Shown here: positions 28,474 to 37,091 of the stretch, in pieces
How positions within the stretch are numbered: position 1 is the first letter of the stretch
Layout: the number at the start of each line of letters is the position of its first letter
DNA from: Prasinococcaceae sp. CCMP 1430
Taxonomy: Eukaryota > Plantae > Prasinodermophyta
Direction of reading: 5' to 3'
Length of the DNA stretch: 47,658 nt
Assembly (NCBI GenBank): GCA_013416795.1
Contig: RQSC01000154.1
Location: 1-47,658 of the forward strand
Notes under the pieces: model-generated
Told to the model about the DNA's origin: nothing
Seen by the model: only the letters and a program-made list of their open reading frames with translations
Databases searched by the model: none
Translations under genes and position numbers: made by a program

Positions 28474-30395
28474 CCGCCGCGGCCGATTCTTTCCATTCCC
28501 CTTGCCTTTGCCACCCCTGCCGCCCCTGCCACCCCTGCCGCGCTGGGCCATGCCACGACCGCCAAGGTCGCCGCGGCTGCCGCGACCGCGCCCCCATGCG
28601 CCTCCGGCCTCATAGTTGGCGCCCCAACCACTGCTCCCAGCTCCTTCAGGACGGTAAAACTCGTTCGGGGCGCCGTAGCGCCCACCTCCACGCGTAGGCT
28701 GGTCTGGCGCGGCGCCATAGCGCCCATGCCGTGCGGGTGCATCGTCGGGGGTGCGAGCGTCCCAGTCCTGGTGGCGCCGGTGCTGCTGCGCACTCCCGCT
28801 GCCAATGAAGGACCCGCCAGCCGCGTCGTTACCACCAAAGCTGCCGAGAGGGCCGCGCGCGCGCTGACGCTCCCACATGCCTGTGCCATAAGCCCTCTCT
28901 GCGTCCTCGTTTCCGAAGTAAGTACCGCTCTCTCTATCGTATCGGCCCCGCCCGCCGCCCCGCCCACCGCCTCGCCCGCGCCAATCCGAGCGCCCGCCGG
29001 CCTGCCCACCGCTGTACCTGCCACCGCGCCCGCGCCTGTCGGCACCGCCCCGTTCCTGCTGTCTCGAAAAAGCAGGCGAGTCGCCCCCGCCGCGCCCCCC
29101 GCCGTAGCGCGCCTGCCGGGCGTCACCGGCACCGTAGCGCCGCTCCTTCGCGCGCTTTTTCTGTCCGGTGAGCTGAGCTGCTCGGCCCGCCCGCATTTCG
29201 AGCTCGGCCGTCGCGGCGGCGGGCACGTTGACGCTGCCGCGCCGCTGCGCGGCCGCCGTGATGGCTTTCGCAATGCTCGAGGCGGCCCTGCGTGCGCGCG
29301 GCAAGCGGGGTTCGCCAGCGAGAAAAGCGTGAGAGCAGGTGCGCGTCAGAAGCAGCACATTGTGCGCGAGCAGCGCACTGGGTGAGAGCGCGCGCGTTCA
29401 CGAAGACGTGCCCACGCAGTGTGCGTCGCGTGTCAACGGCGCACGCACGTGAGGCTAGGGTGACCGTCCGGGACGCTGCCGCGCGCCCTCGCCGTGGACA
29501 TCTCGAGCAGGAGCCTGGCCAGGTCCTGCACGTGCAGCGGGCCGAGCGCGTCGAGCGTCATGGCGGCTTTGACGCGCTCGCCGTGGCTCGCGGCGCCCGC
29601 CGCACCGCCGGGTGAGAGCTTGAGCGCGGCCTTGCAGCGAGACACCGCCGTGTTGGTCTTGCGGTCGAGCGAGGCCTCCTCGCCGACCGTCCAAGCGCCC
29701 TTGCCGCCGAGCAGCCCCCTCTTCAAGCACGTCACGTTGGCGAGCGCCTTGACGTCGTCGTCTGACGCGAGCAGCAGCAGGTGCGGCTGGTCGCGCGCGA
29801 GAGCGAGAAGCGCGCGCTTGTGCGCGCCGCGGTCGCCCAGGCCCTCGACGAGGCCGTCGCTCAGGGCGTACGCGTCAGCGTCGCCGAGCGGCCATCCCGA
29901 CGCCGCGCCGGCGCCGGCGCCGGCGCGACGCTTAGGCCGCCGGCCACTGCCGCCCAGCGCGTCCACGAAAGGTGCCGCGTCCGCGCGCTGTGAGCGCATC
30001 ACTGCCGCGGCCATGGGGCTCAGCTGCGCGGTCTCGCGGTCGCCGCCCCGCCCGCCCGCCTGCGCACCGCCGGGCTGCGGCTCGTCTTCAAAGTAGCCGA
30101 GCTCGTGCAGCTTGCACAGGAGCGCGGAGAACTCCCACCACTGTGGCTGCACGCCACCACCACCCGAGCCCTGCGCGGGGCTGGCGACCTTGGCGCCCTC
30201 GTCGCGCGCAAGCAGGTCCTCTGTGCCTGCGTCCGCGTCCGGGTTCTGCTCGAGCCACTGCTCGACGACATCCTCGTCGAGCTGCCAGCGCCCGTCGCCG
30301 CCCCGCGCCGCCGCGAGGCCCGACGCGTCGAACCCCTCCCCGCCGCCCGAGTGGCGCCCCGCCCCGCCCCGCCCCGCCCGCGGGGGGGGGCGCAC
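28341..30395 (-). CDS. VAR3/OZ (organelle zinc finger) family N-terminal domain fused to an RGG-rich tail; intron 29288-29448; frame break near 28485; start codon not found
   Basis: WEFSALLCKLHELGYF, KRALLALARD..DDVKALANVTC, DRKTNTAVSRCKAALKL and VQDLARLLL align with the conserved OZ/VAR3 domain as I recall it. A GTGCGT donor and GCAG acceptor (phase 2) link it to ORF 28318..29358. Confidence 0.7.
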
Positions 30396-30505
30396 GCGCG
30401 CAGCACGCCGCGAACCCTCGCCAAAAAGCGCACCGGCGGCTGGGCGACGCCCGACGGGACGGGCCTTTACGTAGGTTGAGGTTTGTATTGGGGTTGTTGT
30501 GGAAA

Positions 30506-30515
30506 TTAGGGTTTA
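30506..30515 (-). promoter_or_regulatory. Telo-box TAAACCCTAA in a degenerate telomere-like tract (about 30470-30522)
   Basis: Exact TTAGGGTTTA on the + strand, upstream of the OZ-like gene. Confidence 0.4.
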
Positions 30516-30550
30516 TGGTTTTGGCGCCCGGGCGCGGCGCCGCCCGATCG

Positions 30551-31951
30551 TCAGCCCCAGTTGTCGGCGTCCATGAAGTCGCCGAGCGCGTCGAAGGCGT
30601 TGCCGCCCGAGCTGGCGGCGGAGGCCTTCTTCTTGGCGCCGCCGCCGCGAGGCCCGCCGCGGCTGGCGCTGGTGACGCCCACGGGTGTGAAGCCCGCGAA
30701 GCTGCTCGCGCCCGTGCCAGGCCGCGAGCCGCCGCTGCCGCCCGCCCCGCCGCTCTTTCCCTTGGCGGGCTTGGAGGCGTTCTGCTTCAAGCGCTTGAGC
30801 TGGGCCTCGGTGTCCGTGTCGCGCTCGAACCACCCGCGGCACGCGTCCTCGAGCTCCGCGAGCTCCTCCTCCACAGCGGGTTTGTTGTTGAGGCGGCTGA
30901 GCACGGCCATGCTCTGCAGCCCCTTGGCGTTCTCGATCTTCTCCAAGTCAGCCAGCTCCTTGTATAGAACGCGCAGCCGCCCGGCGTCGGGCAGCGCGTG
31001 CACGATGGGGGGCGCAGCAGACACGGAGGCCTTGCGCTCCGTCAGCGATGCCACCACCTTGGAGAGCTTCTCCGCGCGCTTCGCGTTACCCGCGGCGTCC
31101 TCGAGGGCCGCGCTCGCTGCTGCCAGCTTGTCGTCGAGCTGCGCCACAACGCTCTTCTTCTCGGTCTCCGTGAGCTCGCCATCCTTGATCATGCGCTCGC
31201 ACTCGCCCTGCACCCACGCGATCTTGTCATGCATGTCAACCGCACCCTCGTACCGCTCGTTTTCCTTGTCGCTCAGCACGCCGCCGCTGCCCATTTTCGC
31301 CTCGAGCGCCTCCGACTCCTTGAGGCGCGCCTTGAGGGCATCAAGCAGCTCGCGCTTCGCTGCGAACTGCCGGGCGACCACAGGCACCAGCTCCTCAAGC
31401 TCGGCGGAGCTGCACACGCAGCAGCGGTCGGCGGGACTCATGCGAAGGAAGCGCGCGCCTTCGTCGTCGTCCTCGTCGTCCTCGTCGTCGCCCGCCGAGG
31501 CCTGCTTGACGTTGGGGAAAACGTGCATGAACTTGAGATCCTTGTCTGTGTCGTGCTGCAGCTTGAAGCTGCCGGCGCTGCTGGGGTCGAGCGACGCACC
31601 GCGGTCCTCGACGTAGCCGACGCCGACGAGCGCGTCGCTCAGGGCGCGCGCCAGCGAATCCGAGTACTTCTGCCGCACCTTCTTCCCACCGCCAACCACA
31701 AAGCTCAGGCGAATCATGCCGCAGCCCGCTGGCACGCCGATGGGTTGCGCGAACGCCGCTTTGCACAGGTCCGCACACGCGGCATCCGAATAGCCCGCGA
31801 GGTCATGCTGATCCGTCTCGCCTGCCGAGCGAATCACTTTGGCGAGCGAGGTCGCCTTCTCCGCCTGCGAAGCGCAGAGCACAAGCCGGTCAGCGAGCGC
31901 GGGCCCGCGGCGCAGCGCCGGCATCATCGCATCGCATCGCCGCGCCGCCAT
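30551..31951 (-). CDS. Hypothetical protein: compact N-terminal domain + coiled coil + Gly/Ser tail
   Basis: 466-aa ORF with strong codon bias; motif-like segment SFVVGGGKKVRQKY..GYVEDRGAS..GSFKLQHDTDKDLKFMHVFP. Confidence 0.8.
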   Translation of the reverse strand: MAARRCDAMMPALRRGPALADRLVLCASQAEKATSLAKVIRSAGETDQHDLAGYSDAACADLCKAAFAQPIGVPAGCGMIRLSFVVGGGKKVRQKYSDSLARALSDALVGVGYVEDRGASLDPSSAGSFKLQHDTDKDLKFMHVFPNVKQASAGDDEDDEDDDEGARFLRMSPADRCCVCSSAELEELVPVVARQFAAKRELLDALKARLKESEALEAKMGSGGVLSDKENERYEGAVDMHDKIAWVQGECERMIKDGELTETEKKSVVAQLDDKLAAASAALEDAAGNAKRAEKLSKVVASLTERKASVSAAPPIVHALPDAGRLRVLYKELADLEKIENAKGLQSMAVLSRLNNKPAVEEELAELEDACRGWFERDTDTEAQLKRLKQNASKPAKGKSGGAGGSGGSRPGTGASSFAGFTPVGVTSASRGGPRGGGAKKKASAASSGGNAFDALGDFMDADNWG

Positions 31952-31979
31952 CCGCGGCGCGCACTAGCATTCGCGCGCA

Positions 31980-32049
31980 CCGCCATCCGCGCGCACCGCC
32001 ATCCGCGCGCACCGCCATCCGCGCGCACCGCCATCCGCGCGCACCGCCA
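31980..32049. repeat. 16-bp minisatellite (CCGCCATCCGCGCGCA) x4.4, running into the gap
   Basis: Units at 31980, 31996, 32012 and 32028, partial at 32044, degenerate copy near 31945. Confidence 0.9.
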
Positions 32050-32349
<300 letters not shown>

Positions 32350-32352
32350 GCG

Positions 32353-34338
32353 ATGCGGGAGCGTTCGCGCACGCAGTCGGCGTCCCCGCCCCGCGATGCG
32401 CCGGACGGTAGTCCGCGCGCGCCGCGCGGGCGCGGCGACAGCCGGTATGAGCGCGAGCGCGAGCGCGAGCGCAGTGGCCGGGGCGGCTACGCGGACGACT
32501 ACAGGGGAGGCGGTGGGCGTGATGAATACGGGCGCAGCAGGAGGAAGTACTCGCGATCGCCGTCGCCGCGACCGCGCTATAGGCGCTCGCCTTCGCCGCG
32601 CTACAGGCGCTCGCGTTCGCCGCGCTACAGGCGCTCGCCCTCGCCGCCCCGGCGCCGCAGGCGCAGCCGCTCGCCGACGCGAGCCCACCGCCGCGAGCGC
32701 TCGCCGCCGCCCAGGGCGCCGTCGCCCACTGCCGAGGAGAAGGCCGCCATGCGCGCCGAGAAGGAGCTCGAGATGCTACAGCGCGAGAAACGCACGTTAT
32801 TCGTGGCCAACCTGGCGGTGCGCGCCACCGAGCGCGAGCTCTTCAACCTCTTCTCTGACGGCGGGGTCGTGACCGATGTGCGCCTGATGAAGGACAAGGC
32901 GAGCGGGCGCTCCAAGGGCCTGTGCTACGTGGAGTTCGAGGACGAGGAAGAGTGCCAGAAGGCGCTGGCCGCGCTGCAGGGCAAGGATTTCATGGGGCAG
33001 CGCATCCACGTGCGGAGCAGCGCGGCCGGCAGCAACGCTGCGCCGCAGCTCGCGCGCCCGCCGGGTCCGCCGGGTCCGCCCGGCATGCCGGGCATGCCTG
33101 GCCCGCCCGGCATGCCTTTTGGTGTTGCGAGGCCTCCCGGTATGCCGGGCATGCCGGGCATGCCCCCGCCTGGTCCGTTTGGCCCGCCTGGCATGCCTAT
33201 GCCTGCTGGCCCTCCCGGGCCGTGGGGCGCGCGGCCGCTCGGACCGGCGGGGCTGCCGGCCCCCCCGGGCCCGCCCGGGGCTGCTGACGGGGCTGCTGGG
33301 CCGCCCGGGCCGCCCGGGCCTCCTGGGCCGCCAGCGCCGGCGCCGGCAGCCGCAGCTGCAGCCGACGCTAAAGCGGACGAGGCCGCGCCGGCGCGTCGCA
33401 AGTCCACCATTCGCGTGACGAATCTGGTGTACGGGCTGGAGGAGGCGGACATGAAGGAGATCTTCGGCACCATGGGCACCATCGTGTGCCTGCTCTTCAA
33501 GCCTGCGGAGGGTGGGTGCGACATCACCTTCTCGTCGAGCGAGGAGGCGATGGCAGCGTACGAGGGCCTCAACGGCGTGGACATCGGAGGCAAGCCCATG
33601 TCGATAGCGGAGCCCGAGATGGAGTCACCCCCGCCCAAGGAGCCGACCAAGGACATTCCCGAGGCCCACGCGATGAGCGAGCAGCAGAAGGCCATAGCGG
33701 CCATGCAGGCGGCCGCGGTGGCTGCCGCCAACGCGTTCAATCCGACGCTGCGCGCGACCGCCGGGGCGCCGGGCATGCCACCAGCGGGGCAGATGCAGCA
33801 AGCGCAGGCCGCAGCGGCTGCCGCCGCCGCGCAGAAGTTCGCGGCGAATGCGGGCGGAAATGCCGCCTCCGAGGCGCTCGATGACGTGGCGGGCGACAGG
33901 GCGGGTGTGCAATTCTCAGGCAACAAGCGCTTCGAGCTCATGCAGAAGCTGGCTGGCGGCGCCGCCGCCAGCATTGGCGGGCCCAAGCCAGTGGCGCCGG
34001 CCGCACCTGCAGCCGCGGCCCCGCCCGCCTCGGGTCCTCCCATGAGCGCCGAGCCCACACCGTGCATCGTGCTACGGAACATGTTCGACCCAGCGGAGGA
34101 GACCGAGCCAGACTGGCAGGAGGAAATTCAGGCCGACGTGGCTGACGAGCTGTCGAACTATGGCAAGGTCGCGCACATCTTCGTCGACGGCCGCAGCAAA
34201 GGCGATATTTTCGTGCGATTCGAGGACGTCGCGGGAGCCATCCCCACCCAGAAGGCGATGAGCGGGCGCTGGTTCGGGAAGCGCCAGGTCGTATGCTACT
34301 TCATGCCCGCGGCGGCATATGCGCTTCGGTTTCCGTGA
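32353..34338 (+). CDS. RBM39: RBM39/CAPER-like splicing factor (RS domain, two RRMs, C-terminal UHM)
   Basis: RS repeats; RRM1 RTLFVANL..RSKGLCYVEF; RRM2 TIRVTNL; UHM CIVLRNMFDPAEETEPDW..RWFGKRQV. The N-terminus may be affected by the adjacent gap. Confidence 0.9.
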   Translation: MRERSRTQSASPPRDAPDGSPRAPRGRGDSRYERERERERSGRGGYADDYRGGGGRDEYGRSRRKYSRSPSPRPRYRRSPSPRYRRSRSPRYRRSPSPPRRRRRSRSPTRAHRRERSPPPRAPSPTAEEKAAMRAEKELEMLQREKRTLFVANLAVRATERELFNLFSDGGVVTDVRLMKDKASGRSKGLCYVEFEDEEECQKALAALQGKDFMGQRIHVRSSAAGSNAAPQLARPPGPPGPPGMPGMPGPPGMPFGVARPPGMPGMPGMPPPGPFGPPGMPMPAGPPGPWGARPLGPAGLPAPPGPPGAADGAAGPPGPPGPPGPPAPAPAAAAAADAKADEAAPARRKSTIRVTNLVYGLEEADMKEIFGTMGTIVCLLFKPAEGGCDITFSSSEEAMAAYEGLNGVDIGGKPMSIAEPEMESPPPKEPTKDIPEAHAMSEQQKAIAAMQAAAVAAANAFNPTLRATAGAPGMPPAGQMQQAQAAAAAAAAQKFAANAGGNAASEALDDVAGDRAGVQFSGNKRFELMQKLAGGAAASIGGPKPVAPAAPAAAAPPASGPPMSAEPTPCIVLRNMFDPAEETEPDWQEEIQADVADELSNYGKVAHIFVDGRSKGDIFVRFEDVAGAIPTQKAMSGRWFGKRQVVCYFMPAAAYALRFP

Positions 34339-34886
34339 GCGAGCTCGCGTGCCTGCCTGAGCCTGAGTGATGTGCGCCTAGCCTGAGTGTGGGCCAGGCA
34401 TCGATCACTGACGACACACATGTGCCGCGCCCATGGACTCGTGCGCGCGCTCACGCACGCGCGCGCGTTTGACGGCATGGAGCTGCTGGCGATTGGCGCG
34501 GCCTGTCGACGCCACTAAGTAAGGGCGCCCAGACCGCGGCAGCGTGTGCGCATGCGAACTGCGGTGTTGCCGACCGAGATCGGCATGCTCTGGGACTCAC
34601 TCGTTTCTCTCGCTGTGCTGCGCCCGTGGCGCGGGCAGTACTCTGCAGCAAAGCCCCTCTCTGTCTCTCCATCGTCTCCCCTCTGCGCAGGAGCCCAAGC
34701 GAAGGTTGCGGTGCCGGTGCGACGCACGGGATGGGACGGGCGGTCGCCGGGGACGCGCGCGCACGCCATGTAGCGCGACTGCTCTTGCCTCGCCGCCGCC
34801 GCGTGACATGCTTTGCCTCAAGAGAATTGTACAAAGATTAATTATGGTGTGATGTGAGGAAATTAGCACAGGCAGACACTGGTGTG

Positions 34887-36295
34887 TCACCGGCCTATGG
34901 GCCGCAGCCGCATGGGCGCATCTGGCTCGCGCGCCGCGTCCACGGAGGCGTAGCCGTCGATGAGCTCCCGCGCCGACTCGAGCGCCTCGTCGAAAGTGGA
35001 TGCATCCGTGTATTTCGTGTACTCATGCACGAACGCCTTGCGGCTGTACAACTTTTTGAAGCGCGAGGTCATCTCGCCGACAGTGTGGCGGATAGCGCAG
35101 CTGTTGGTGAGCGCGAGCACAGAGTGCGAGTTGTGCTCCGGCGGCGCGGAGCACAGCCCCCACTTGACGCCCTCGAGGTTCCAGTGAGCGAAGCGCAACC
35201 CTTTCTTGAACCTCGCTGCGCCGCGCTGCACGTCGTCCACGCTCAGATTGCCGCGCGCGAGCAGCGCGCAACACAGCGCCGCGGAGGAGCGCACGTCCGC
35301 GCGCACGAGCTGCGCCTCGCGGCTCGAGACCAGCGCAAATGACGCAGACACCGCCTGCGCGTTGGCGTGCGCCGAGGTGGGCGCAGGCCGCTGCGGGGGT
35401 GCGCGGGGGTCACTCCGTGCTCCCTCCGAGCCGGCGCGCCGCATGGGAGGCACCGGCGCCGCGGATGCGAGCAGCATGTGCCTCCGTGGAAACGGCACCA
35501 GATTGGTGGTGATCTCGCTCAGATCGACGTTGAGCTCGCCGCCGAAGCGGGTGCTCGCTGTCAGGCCGAGCAGCACGTCTGCCGCGAGCGCGTTCATCGA
35601 GTCGAACGGCGCGGCACGCGCCTCGGCGGCGGCGTCCGCCGCGCTCGCGCGCGCAGCAGCCGCCCTGGCACCGACAGAGCCAGCCGCCGACCGCTCCGAG
35701 CGCTTGGCGGTGATCTCTGCTCGTCGCACCATGTCGATGAGTGCCTGGTTTTCGAGGGGCACGACCGCGTCAGCGCCGTCGGCCAGAGCCTTGAGTGTCA
35801 GTAGCGCGTTGTACGGCGAGGTGACGACGTCGTCATCCTCCGAGGGAAACACCGAGGCCGCCAGCTTGAAGACCTTCGGGTACGCGTCCGCAAGCAGCTC
35901 GAGCGTAGCGGAGCCAACGCCGCTGCCCGTGCCGCCGCCCATCGAGTGCGTCATGAAGAAGCCCTGAAGCGAGTCGGCGTCCTCCGCGGCCGTGCGCAGC
36001 AGCTCGAGCAAGTCATCGGCGTACTTGTTGCCGTAGAAGTCGTGGCCGCAAGCCCAGTTGTTGCCCGAGCCGCTCACATCGGTGAGCAGCAGCTTGCGGT
36101 CCAGCACGCCGCCGAGCGGCCCGCGGAGCGCCTCCGTCACGGGGCCCTCCTCCATGTCCACCATCACCGCGCGCGCTCGCAGCGTGTCGATCGGGGAGCC
36201 CACGGCGTGCGGGCGGTCGCGCCCGTCCACGTTGCGAAAGAAGGTGGATAGCGCATCATCGTACGTTGCGACGACGCTCTCGCTGCCACCACCAC

Positions 36296-36345
<50 letters not shown>

Positions 36346-36449
36346 GCGCGGTGCAGCGCGGCGTGCTCGCCGAGTGCGAGCTGCCAGAAGCGCGTGCCGA
36401 GCTGGTTGCCGCACTGCCCGACGTGCACCGTAATCACCTCGCGCGGCAT
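34887..36449 (-). CDS. TUBE1: Epsilon-tubulin
   Basis: MPREVITVHVGQCGNQLG, FWQLALGEH, TFFRNVD, RARAVMVDMEEG, SGSGNNWA.GH, HSMGGGTGSG and EDDDVVTSPYN are diagnostic of epsilon-tubulin. Confidence 0.95.
36297..36344 (-). repeat. (CAG)16 coding trinucleotide repeat (polyQ) in epsilon-tubulin
   Basis: 48 bp of pure CTG on the + strand. Confidence 0.95.
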
Positions 36450-37091
36450 GCCACGAGCGCCCGCGCGCAGCGAGGAGCGGCAGACGGCGGGGCAGGTGGG
36501 GGGTCGGTGCTCCCACCGCCCGGAGCCCGCCGCCTGGGCTGCGCACACCGCAGCGCACACCACCCGCGCTGAGTGCCGCCCCCGCCTCGACCGCGCGCGC
36601 GGGCGGCGCGGGCTCGGGGGTTGTGGCGGGCGTCAGCGAGGGCGCGGCGCGCGCGCACGCGCGCGGGCGGCGCGCACGCGCGCGCTCGAAATCGCGCGCG
36701 CGTGCGAGGCGCCCCCGCGCACACCCGGTCTGATCGCGCTATGATCGGGTCTTTTCACGCCTTTGCCCCAGAATACCCAGGTTTATCATCGATCTGACCA
36801 GGGTAGACAGGCGTTTGGACGGCCGTTTTGATTTTGGCGGCGATTTCGCCGCGCGCGCGCTGGCAGGGCCTGGCAGCACCACTACGACGGCGCTGGGCGC
36901 TGTATGCCGGCCGGCCCTCCCGGCGCGTCCCGCCGCCATCGGTCCCACGCAGCTCCCTCGCGCGATCGACGAGAGGCGCCGAGCGCACAAGTCGGGCCGG
37001 GGGGATCCGCCGGCTGCCCGCGCGGGCAGCCTGGTGGGCAAGGGCAGGGAGGTGGTGGAAAGCACGTCGCGCTTCGCACGTGGTCGTCAAT

